From: Theionarchaea archaeon
Lineage (GTDB): Archaea; Methanobacteriota_B; Thermococci; Methanofastidiosales; SZ-28-30
Length of the DNA stretch: 64,000 nt
Reading direction: 5' to 3'
Assembly: GCA_018992685.1 (NCBI GenBank)
Contig: JACVGT010000011.1
Coordinates: 160,001-224,000 of the forward strand
The notes below the pieces were generated by a model, which made no database searches, was not told where the DNA came from, and was given only the letters and a program-made list of their open reading frames with translations. A program made the translations under genes and the position numbers. How positions within the stretch are numbered: the first letter of the stretch is position 1; every line of letters starts with the position of its first letter. Shown piece by piece: positions 50,611-58,960 of this stretch.

Positions 50611-52047
50611 CTATCTTCTCAGTGTATGCATGGCCCCGAAAGCTATCAGAATCGAAATAAGCAGTGTTCCTGCGCAGACTTGGGGGCCCTGACGAGGACA
50701 TCCATTATTTTCAAAAAGGCCCGATTGATTGGGGCAATTGTCCAGGCAATCGTTCACACCGTCCCCATCTGAATCTCTGGGACATCCCACTGAATCAACG
50801 GTTCGACATTCCGGATTGTAGCACTGATCCTGATCATCAGGGACACCATCATCATCAGAATCGGATTCAGGACAGCCATCATCCTTCTCCCCGAACTCGT
50901 CTGGACACTGGTCTACGCAGTCATTCAGCAAATCTTCATCGGTGTCCATCGGACACCCCTGTGAATCTACCACAGTACAGTCCGGATTAGAGCATTGATC
51001 CTGATTGTCTGATACTCCGTCTCCATCTGAATCCGTCTCTGTATCTGCGGAACCAGCCGGGCAGCCGTAGTTCGCCGAGGAACCGGCCTGTCCAACACAT
51101 CTATCACTGCAGTCATCCGTTCCGTCACCATCAGTGTCTTTTGGACACCCTCGGGAGTCGACCTTGCTGCATCCGGGATTGTAGCATCCATCACTGGCGT
51201 CGGGCACACCGTCCGCATCTCTGTCAGCACCTTCAGCAGCCCGTGTTGCAGCCCATTCAAAGATGCTCAATCCGAGTCTTTCATTATCGCCATACACCAG
51301 AAAGCCGTCGTGTGCACCAAATCTCCTGCTTCCTCCCACAAGGAAGTCTTTGTCTCCCACTGCTAGAACCCTTCCTTCCCCATACTCAGCAGCAGCCAAC
51401 ACAATGACATCTTCCCCCTCCCGGCTGCCAGCCTTTGTGGTGGGATTGCCAAAAGCCAGCCCCAGTGCTGGAGAATAAACATCCAGAGAACATCCCTCTA
51501 TATATCCAAAGTCAAAGATGTTGTAGGTTACGGGATGACGCTGAAAGGTTCTGATGATCACGAATCTTTCTGCATACCTGGAGGCCGTTTCTGTATCAGG
51601 AATCTGGTTTTCCTGTTCCATATCATACACGGTGTCAGAATTGAATTCAATCCCAAACATGGTGGAGATACTGTTGATTGGATCGATAATCCCCTGTGAT
51701 GTCATTGTTCCTCCTACTTCCCCGAAGATGAGAAGACTTCCTCCGTTCTCTACGAAGTCCTTAATCGCTTCTTTCTCATACACTTCAAAGTCCAGGCTGG
51801 GAGCCAGCAAGACTAGAATGTCGTAGGCTGACAGGACATAGGAATCGATCTTCTCTTCCGAATAATCCGAAATGTATCCTTCTCTATCCAGTGCCATAAT
51901 AAATCTAGAGAATTGCAGGCTTGGGTTCCATTCAGCATGATATTCGTCGAAAAGTATTCTCGTCCCCTGCTGATCAGAGTGACCTCCTACAGTGGCGAGT
52001 GATAAAAGAACGAAACTGATCAGGATGTAATAGATATTTCTTGTCAT
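50611..52047 (-). CDS. Surface protein: DUF4350-like domain, thrombospondin type-3-like repeats, C-terminal sorting signal
   Basis: ILFDEYH, FVENGGSLL; repeated D.D.DGV.D..D.C...GCP; ends CAGT-TM-RR. Confidence 0.8.
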   Translation of the reverse strand: MTRNIYYILISFVLLSLATVGGHSDQQGTRILFDEYHAEWNPSLQFSRFIMALDREGYISDYSEEKIDSYVLSAYDILVLLAPSLDFEVYEKEAIKDFVENGGSLLIFGEVGGTMTSQGIIDPINSISTMFGIEFNSDTVYDMEQENQIPDTETASRYAERFVIIRTFQRHPVTYNIFDFGYIEGCSLDVYSPALGLAFGNPTTKAGSREGEDVIVLAAAEYGEGRVLAVGDKDFLVGGSRRFGAHDGFLVYGDNERLGLSIFEWAATRAAEGADRDADGVPDASDGCYNPGCSKVDSRGCPKDTDGDGTDDCSDRCVGQAGSSANYGCPAGSADTETDSDGDGVSDNQDQCSNPDCTVVDSQGCPMDTDEDLLNDCVDQCPDEFGEKDDGCPESDSDDDGVPDDQDQCYNPECRTVDSVGCPRDSDGDGVNDCLDNCPNQSGLFENNGCPRQGPQVCAGTLLISILIAFGAMHTLRR

Positions 52048-52692
52048 GGTAATTCCTCCATCTTTTGTAGAGGCTTGGCTATAAAAGCCTTTTGATACCG
52101 ATAGTGACTATTTGCTGAACAGTTTCCCTGTTAGTGCCCCATGAAGGCGCAACCTGGCTAAATAATCTGATTCATGGAGAATCTGGACGACTATCTGTTC
52201 AGAAATCTGAGAAGATCACTAATCACCGATAAGAAAGGGGACTCTGAGCCATCCGAGAGGCGAGGGTATACAGTCACTGAGGGGCCACATTGCGGTGGGA
52301 TTTCCAAACAAAATACCTCGGGCAATGCTGATGCGGGACATTTGAGATAACTTGCACCTCATGGGCTAGACCCCGCCGTAGGAAATGAGAAGATAGGCCA
52401 ATAATGTTGCCAGGAAGGGCGCGACTTGGCATATGTTCTATATGTATTCGAGAGGTTCTTTTACCATGTTGGTGGCTAGTAACTGGTTCTGGTCCACAAT
52501 CTCTTGAACTTCAACCACTCCGGTTACCACCTCATTTTCTATTTCCTTAGATTATTTCCTTTCTTCCCATCATTTCTTATTTTTCAAGCACAAAGTGCAA
52601 TGTTATCGTGGAGATTTTCCTCGCTATCTCCTAGGAGCGCTCAGCGTCGCAAATATTTATAAAGGATCATCCGAAAGACACAGTGGATTCCC

Positions 52693-53376
52693 ATGAAAAA
52701 AATAGCTATCATCGGTGGAACTGGAGACCTGGGATACGGACTGGCCTTGCGCTGGGCAAAGGCCGGGAGAGAGATAATCATAGGGTCCAGACAGGAAGAA
52801 AAAGCAGTGAAAGCGGCTGAGGAAATCAGGAACGTTCTTGGTGACAGCGTGACCGTATCAGGAATGGGAAACTTCGAAGCTACCAAGAATGCCCAGATCA
52901 CTGTTCTATCAGTTCCTTTCCAGTTTCTTGTTCCTACTATGAGACAGATTCGGGATGCCATAGAAGAGGGCGACATTCTCATAAGTGTTATTGTCCCTCT
53001 TGCAGTAGAGATTGGAGGATTCTCTCCTACACAGGTGGTCACTCCCTGGCAGGGTTCTGCAGCTGAACTAGTGCAGTCTCTAGCCCCTCCGGGTGCTCAG
53101 GTGGTGAGTGCCTTCCAGAACATGAGTGCATTCAGGCTTCAGGACACAGATAATGAGGTGGATTGCGATGCAATCGTTTCGGGTCCGAAAACGGCTCGAA
53201 AGGAAGTCATAGAACTTGCTGGACTCATTCCTGGTGTACGAGGTATTGATGGAGGGCGGCTTGACTATGCTCGATTGGTGGAACCCATCACTGCGCTCCT
53301 CATAGGCCTGAATATCCGTTATAAGAACAGGGAAGGAATTGGAATCCGCTTTACATATGTAAATGAGGAGATATAG
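52693..53376 (+). CDS. npdG: NADPH-dependent F420 reductase
   Basis: IAIIGGTGDLGYGLALRWA, IGSR, VPL, SAAE, VSAFQN, VEPITALLIGLN. Confidence 0.92.
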   Translation: MKKIAIIGGTGDLGYGLALRWAKAGREIIIGSRQEEKAVKAAEEIRNVLGDSVTVSGMGNFEATKNAQITVLSVPFQFLVPTMRQIRDAIEEGDILISVIVPLAVEIGGFSPTQVVTPWQGSAAELVQSLAPPGAQVVSAFQNMSAFRLQDTDNEVDCDAIVSGPKTARKEVIELAGLIPGVRGIDGGRLDYARLVEPITALLIGLNIRYKNREGIGIRFTYVNEEI

Positions 53377-53421
53377 CCCGAAAGCTTTTTAAAGCTAAGA
53401 AAAAGAGAGGGATGTGATAAT

Positions 53422-53676
53422 ATGACACGTGCATACGTCCTTATAAGGTCCATGAGCCCTGACACTGACCTGCTGGCAGAAAAGATCAAGACGATTGGAG
53501 GCATTATTGATGCCTGCGCTGTATATGGAAGTTATGACATCATTTTGGAGCTGGAAGCCAAGAATCTGAAGAGGCTGAGAGACAAGATCATCGAGATCCG
53601 AGAGCTCGAGGACATTGGTGAGACAAAGACGCTGATCCAGATGGAAGAAGGAGAGGAAAATTCTGAGGGTGATTAG
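53422..53676 (+). CDS. Stand-alone Lrp/AsnC ligand-binding (RAM) domain
   Basis: AYVLI...VYGSYDII...IRELEDI..TKT. Confidence 0.85.
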   Translation: MTRAYVLIRSMSPDTDLLAEKIKTIGGIIDACAVYGSYDIILELEAKNLKRLRDKIIEIRELEDIGETKTLIQMEEGEENSEGD

Positions 53677-53919
53677 ATGATTAAAGCATTTGTGATCTTG
53701 AAGACTGACTGCCCTGATATATTTGAATGTGCAGAGAAAGCCACAAAGGTTCCAGGAGTGCTCCGCGCTGTACCCCTGTATGGGGAAGGAGACATCATGA
53801 TTGAGATGCTGGTCAAGGACTTAAGGCAGTTGAAGGTGAGAAGCAGGTTGTTGCGGGTTAATCCCCTGGTCAAGAACACGCAGACCTTTCTTTCCATGGA
53901 TGAGATAAAAGGTGAATAG
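53677..53919 (+). CDS. Second stand-alone Lrp/AsnC ligand-binding domain
   Basis: AFVIL...PGV...LYGEGDIMI...VKNTQT. Confidence 0.7.
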   Translation: MIKAFVILKTDCPDIFECAEKATKVPGVLRAVPLYGEGDIMIEMLVKDLRQLKVRSRLLRVNPLVKNTQTFLSMDEIKGE

Positions 53920-54865
53920 GGCACGAGAAGGAGACTTTTTGGAGACGGTGGAAAGCCTTATTTTTGATGTGAAGGGTGTCTGTCACCCTCCAGATCGCGT
54001 TATCAGTTTTGTAAGGTACATCCCGACTGCAGACGGAGAACGGGAGAAGGCTGGAAGGAGTTATCAGAAAGTCTATGAGCTGGAAGAGCGGTTCAGGATT
54101 TTGAGGGAACGGTTTCCTCACTATGTGTATTTTGATCCAGTTTTCAATAGAGAACTACAAGGCGTGAGTCTGAGTGACATTTCAAGGGTGTACAAGCCGG
54201 AGGAAAAACTGAGAGAGATTCTGGAGAACACACGAGAAGGGACAGAGAAGAAAGTACGGTCACTGGTGGAGGTTCTGGGAATTCCCATGGAGAAAATCGG
54301 TGTTTCAGGAAGTATCCTGGTGGGACTTGACACACAGGATTCAGACCTGGATATTATGGTGTACGGAGAGAAGTACTGTCGGAAGGCGTATGCTGCACTG
54401 GGAAGACTGAGGGAGGATGGCGTAGTCCAGTCCTTTGATGCAGAAGGAGCCCGGGAGAAAGCTCTTTTCAGATGGGGTTCGGCTGGTGAGGCTACTGTTG
54501 AACTGGAGAGAAAAAAAGTGACCCAGGGGCTATTTGAGGGCAGGGAGTATTTTTTCAGGTTCTTAAAGGTGGAAGAAATGCCTTATGGTGATATTGTGTA
54601 TCATCCCTTGTACAAAACACACGTAACGGCATGCATCAGTGATGATTCTGATCGTATTTTTACTCCCTGTGTATATGGCGTGAGAGGGTGTTCCGTGAGT
54701 GGTGTTACAAGGTTGGTGAGTCCAAGAGGACGATTCTGTGAGCAGGCATCCCAGGGAGAGGTAGTAAGAGCCAGGGGTACCCTGGAGAAAGTTGAAGAGA
54801 GGGGAAATGTCTTCTTGCAGCTCGTCCTGCAGGATAATGATGATTTTCTCATTCCTTATTCGTAG
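53912..54865 (+). CDS. Archaeal Pol-beta-type nucleotidyltransferase (COG1665-like)
   Basis: REGDF, HPPDRVI..VRY, GVSGS...DSDLD; GRFCEQA..GE.V.ARG.LE. Confidence 0.8.
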   Translation: MNRAREGDFLETVESLIFDVKGVCHPPDRVISFVRYIPTADGEREKAGRSYQKVYELEERFRILRERFPHYVYFDPVFNRELQGVSLSDISRVYKPEEKLREILENTREGTEKKVRSLVEVLGIPMEKIGVSGSILVGLDTQDSDLDIMVYGEKYCRKAYAALGRLREDGVVQSFDAEGAREKALFRWGSAGEATVELERKKVTQGLFEGREYFFRFLKVEEMPYGDIVYHPLYKTHVTACISDDSDRIFTPCVYGVRGCSVSGVTRLVSPRGRFCEQASQGEVVRARGTLEKVEERGNVFLQLVLQDNDDFLIPYS

Positions 54866-54941
54866 ACCCGATTGCCTGGAGAGAGAATAGCATCATCAAG
54901 GTTTAACAGTCCCAGGGATAGCGTGTAATCCCGGCAGGTAA

Positions 54942-55337
54942 TCAGGATTCTACTTCGTATCCTGCGTCAACCCACGCACTATAGTTCCCTTCCAGACGAT
55001 ATACCGTTGTGAATCCAGCGTCCACGAGGATTCGTGCTGCCTGCATTGAAACACTGTCACTGTGACAGTAAACAAGGTACGGTGCATTCTTGTCAAGAGT
55101 AGGAATCACTCTGTCTAGGGTACCATCTCCCATGGGGTAGTTCACAGCTCCTGGTAAATGACCCTGTTCGTAAAAAAGGGAAACGTCTACAATGATGAGT
55201 CCCGGGCTATCTCTTATGAGGAGGGTTGCTTCTTCAGGTGTCACATCAGTATACTCTATCTCAGTTTCACTCTCTTGTTGGAGGCATCCAGAACATACCA
55301 GTGCTACTACTACCAGCATTCTTGAAAGGCGGTTCAT
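54942..55337 (-). CDS. Rhodanese-like domain lipoprotein
   Basis: Lipobox CSGC; GHLPGAVN; VYCHS; LEGNYSAW. Confidence 0.85.
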   Translation of the reverse strand: MNRLSRMLVVVALVCSGCLQQESETEIEYTDVTPEEATLLIRDSPGLIIVDVSLFYEQGHLPGAVNYPMGDGTLDRVIPTLDKNAPYLVYCHSDSVSMQAARILVDAGFTTVYRLEGNYSAWVDAGYEVES

Positions 55338-55462
55338 GTGTCTCAACTATATACTTTTGACGAATCGAGGAATATAAATGCTTTCATTCTGACATAACCG
55401 TTCAGGTCTCCTACCGGTTGGCAGGAGCAGAAGATATCACCCTACCCATTCGACTCTGAGAA

Positions 55463-56215
55463 CTACTGCTTCTTCAACTTGAAAATAAGGAAGTGACACA
55501 CTCTCCAGTCATCTTTAAAGGCTGGATATTTCTCAATCATTTCTTTAGAAGGGGATGGCTCAGCCAAATCTTCTATGGTAAACCCTGCGCTCTTAATTGC
55601 TCTGAAATAGCTTGTCAACGTTCTGTGGAAAAGCAGCACCCCATTTTTTGCCCCTGGAGGATAGGGCTGTTCATAAGGCACCTCATCAAAGTATCGATCC
55701 ACCTTCCAGTACAACCTTTTACCCTCATTGTCCTTGATCCACGCGCTCTCAGGAGTGCCAAAACAGGGATGAATAATTGAAAGAATCAGTAGTCCATTTC
55801 TCACCAGCAATTTGTTCATCTCATTCAATGCCTTTTCATAGTCGGGAAGATCCTGTAACACCATATTTGACACAATAATATCAAAAGTCTCACTCTCCAG
55901 GAAATCAAGGTTCTCGCAATTACCATGGTGATAGTCTATGGGATAGCCTTTAGGCGTTCTTTTTCGGGCAATCTCTAACATTTTCCGTGAGTAATCCACA
56001 GCCACTACAGTTGCTCCCTTTTCGGCGAGAATGCGGCTCAGGTATCCTTCACCACATCCTGCGTCAAGTATTCGCTTGTGATCAACTGACCCCAGGAACT
56101 TGAATAATACAGGATTTATCAGCACTTCTCTAGAAGGATCACCCAGTGGTGTAAACCGAGCTGTCAATTCTTCTGCATGGGATTCCCATCTCTTGATGAC
56201 TTCTTTCATGTTCAT
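55463..56215 (-). CDS. Class I SAM-dependent methyltransferase
   Basis: ILDAGCGEG, VDYS, FDIIVS, HPCF, HRTL. Confidence 0.9.
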   Translation of the reverse strand: MNMKEVIKRWESHAEELTARFTPLGDPSREVLINPVLFKFLGSVDHKRILDAGCGEGYLSRILAEKGATVVAVDYSRKMLEIARKRTPKGYPIDYHHGNCENLDFLESETFDIIVSNMVLQDLPDYEKALNEMNKLLVRNGLLILSIIHPCFGTPESAWIKDNEGKRLYWKVDRYFDEVPYEQPYPPGAKNGVLLFHRTLTSYFRAIKSAGFTIEDLAEPSPSKEMIEKYPAFKDDWRVCHFLIFKLKKQ

Positions 56216-56554
56216 TTCATCACCATTTCTGTTCTACAGGTACCTTCCTGAGATCATAGCCTTTTGGTGCCCTACCATTGCAGCAACAGTTCTGTCGAAC
56301 AAGAGGTCATTACAGGGGAGTAGACTCTTGAGCCTTTTCCCCTCTGCACAATACGCATCGGTCTGTGTCGAAGTCAAAAGAAGTGCTGAGTATTTATACC
56401 TTTCTTTTGACAGTATGACGAATCTTATGACGTTGGTTGGTGCTCTGGCAGGTGCAGTGCTGGCAGAGATCATGCGTGGAGCAAGACAGGGTTTCACTAG
56501 AAGGACTGAAATATCCAACCATATCTTTTTATATATATATGCCAAGAAAACCTA

Positions 56555-58426
56555 ATGAGTCAATGCAGTCTGTGTGGTGGAGAAATCTTGGATCGGAGTG
56601 ATTCCCGCTATTGCGTTCATTGCCAGGCAACCTTCCACAGAAGCTGTGTTATCGATCACTTCTATCGAAATAAGTACTGCCCGGTCTGCAACAAAAAAAT
56701 GTCCTTGATATTCATGCGGTTTGGTGAACCTCCTCAATCCACAATGAAGAAGAGGTCTTTGCCAAATGAAATCAGAAAGCCCAAGTGGCCCCAGCTGGAA
56801 AGAAGGACAGAGGTTCCCGTTTTCGAAATTGACATCCCGACAGGTCCCCTGAAGCGTACAGACAAGTACATACCAAAGGCCCGAGGCAAACGGCAATTCA
56901 AGCTCCCAAAGAAACTCCCCATGAAATTCATCGGGATTGTTTTCATCCTAGCCGTCATTGGAGGAGGTGCCTACTTTGGGAGAAGCTATCTCCCCACAAG
57001 CTTTGGAACCCAGGAAGAACAACCCACCGCATCGCCCTGGACTGTGGTATGGACCTATCCTCTGGAAGGCGTTACTGACATGGCTGCTTCTCCTGAGGGA
57101 ATCGTCGTGGGCAGCAGACAGGGACTTGTGATATTCGCTGTTGATGGCTCTGTCTTGTGGCAAAGAGAGGGCGAAATTACTGATGTAGATATAAATGAAA
57201 GCATTATTGCAGTCACCAACAGAGGATATGTAGAAATGTACACAATCGAAGGGACAGAACTGGTTCGGTATGGCGAAGGATTCTCAGATTCAGTCTCTCT
57301 CTCCAGTCTCCAGATTGCAGCAGCAGGTTCCTCTCAGGGGGGAATAACTTTTGTTGATACAGATGGGAATGTGCTCCAGAAAATCGAGACAGGCCCGGTA
57401 ACCAACGTCTCTTTTTCTGAAAACAGTGAAATGACAGCATACCGACAGGAGGGAACAGTGTATGTTCTGGACATTCTGGGGGACGTCATGTATGCCTTTG
57501 ATGACCAGGGATCTGCACAGGATCGAATCATCCTGCTTTCCCAGGGACGGGTATTTGCGCAGGCGGCTCAGAACGTCTTCCTGTATGATGGAGAGACTGA
57601 TTCTGTCCTGTGGAGTGCAGAGGTAGGAACGTGCAGTGCAGGTCTTTCAGTTTCAGAGGATGGAGGAACCTTTGCCGTGTGCGGCCAGAACCCTGTGTTG
57701 TACAACAGTTCAGGGCAGGAAATACACACACTACCCAAGGGTAGCTGTGGAAGCATTGCCTTTGTCAACCAGGATGTCGTGGTATCAGATTCCAATACTA
57801 TCTATTTCTTACGGTATGCTCAGCCCACCATAACAACTCCTCCTGAAGAAGAAGGCGAGAAGCAGCCGGAAGAATCAGAAGAGCCAGGAGAACAACCTTC
57901 CACAGAACTGGGAACGTATCAAGAATGGTTCACCTGGTATCAGTCATTTCTCTCCACAGAAGGGAATTCTGCAACCTACAGTATTGAGGTGAAAGAGGGA
58001 GAAAGCGTCTCCACCATGGAAATCAACTATATGATTGAAGGGAAAGAAGAGAAGACCGTCATTGAATCCTTTACCATAGTCATTAAGACCCAGGAAGCAG
58101 AACTCAAGAGTACATTCAAGAGGTGGATTGGCCCGGATGGAACCTGCCTGAAAGCTGAAATGACCATTGACACCACCAGCACGGCAATAGACTGCAGCAA
58201 GACTACCATTCAGGGAGTTGACCTCAGAGAGATTCTTTCATTCGCAGATAAGGTTTCTTATGTTGGCCAAGAAGAAGTGACAGTGGGCAGGGGTACGTTC
58301 CTGTGTCACAAATTGGAATATGACACAGGGAATGGGATTATTACTCTCTGGATTTCTGATGGAATGCCCCCCATCAAGGTTTCATTGCAGCAGGGTGAAC
58401 GACTGGTCACCATGAGCCTTGAATGA
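56555..58426 (+). CDS. Single-pass membrane protein: C4HC3 RING-like finger, TM, beta-propeller, acidic linker, beta-rich domain
   Basis: C4-x2-C7...C20-x2-C23...H28-x2-C31...C42-P-x-C45; basic linker; TM FIGIVFILAVIGGGAYFG; VLW-type propeller repeats. Confidence 0.75.
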   Translation: MSQCSLCGGEILDRSDSRYCVHCQATFHRSCVIDHFYRNKYCPVCNKKMSLIFMRFGEPPQSTMKKRSLPNEIRKPKWPQLERRTEVPVFEIDIPTGPLKRTDKYIPKARGKRQFKLPKKLPMKFIGIVFILAVIGGGAYFGRSYLPTSFGTQEEQPTASPWTVVWTYPLEGVTDMAASPEGIVVGSRQGLVIFAVDGSVLWQREGEITDVDINESIIAVTNRGYVEMYTIEGTELVRYGEGFSDSVSLSSLQIAAAGSSQGGITFVDTDGNVLQKIETGPVTNVSFSENSEMTAYRQEGTVYVLDILGDVMYAFDDQGSAQDRIILLSQGRVFAQAAQNVFLYDGETDSVLWSAEVGTCSAGLSVSEDGGTFAVCGQNPVLYNSSGQEIHTLPKGSCGSIAFVNQDVVVSDSNTIYFLRYAQPTITTPPEEEGEKQPEESEEPGEQPSTELGTYQEWFTWYQSFLSTEGNSATYSIEVKEGESVSTMEINYMIEGKEEKTVIESFTIVIKTQEAELKSTFKRWIGPDGTCLKAEMTIDTTSTAIDCSKTTIQGVDLREILSFADKVSYVGQEEVTVGRGTFLCHKLEYDTGNGIITLWISDGMPPIKVSLQQGERLVTMSLE

Positions 58427-58507
58427 TTATAAGCTTCAATCATCACATGTCACACAAGGTTATAAACAAATCACAGTTCACCCCGTTTGCTTCTTCTATC
58501 ATAACAA

Positions 58508-58735
58508 CTACAGACTTCTGGGTGCTAGATACACAACATTAGCTCCTCGAATGACAATATAACCGATCTTTCGGAACACTTCATCATCAGCAAGTTCTTC
58601 AGTATTCGCCATTACTAGGTTCAGATGTTGGTCGTATCCTTTGAGAATACCACGAAACACTCTGTTGCCCCGGAGCTCTACCAGGACGTTTTTTTCCAGG
58701 GAACCATGAATGAGGTCAAGCGGTTTTTCTGCCAT
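58508..58735 (-). CDS. Sm-like (LSm) RNA-binding protein
   Basis: VLVELRG, G.LKGYDQHLNLV, IRGANV. Confidence 0.93.
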   Translation of the reverse strand: MAEKPLDLIHGSLEKNVLVELRGNRVFRGILKGYDQHLNLVMANTEELADDEVFRKIGYIVIRGANVVYLAPRSL

Positions 58736-58960
58736 AGTTATTCACCAGTTTGTAGTTTCTACGGGGCTTTATATATGTTTGCATTGAGGGTTCTTTTAGC
58801 CATTTCTCGCTTTTACCTGTTCTTGTGGATTCCGAATTGTTATTATCCATCAAAAAGTGTGCACAAAAGCTCACAGAAGGAGTTCACAGATTCAAACTCT
58901 CCATGCAATCGTGACCGGTCCTGTAATAAACCTTTTAAAGTAATGGTAGTATGACACCCC

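Noticed and set aside
56234-56545. 103-aa minus ORF and hairpin at 56312-56347 as a SECIS or riboswitch
   Set aside because: The ORF spans a TATA box and has no motifs; the hairpin lacks a clear archaeal SECIS or SAM-riboswitch consensus, and no in-frame UGA selenoprotein was seen
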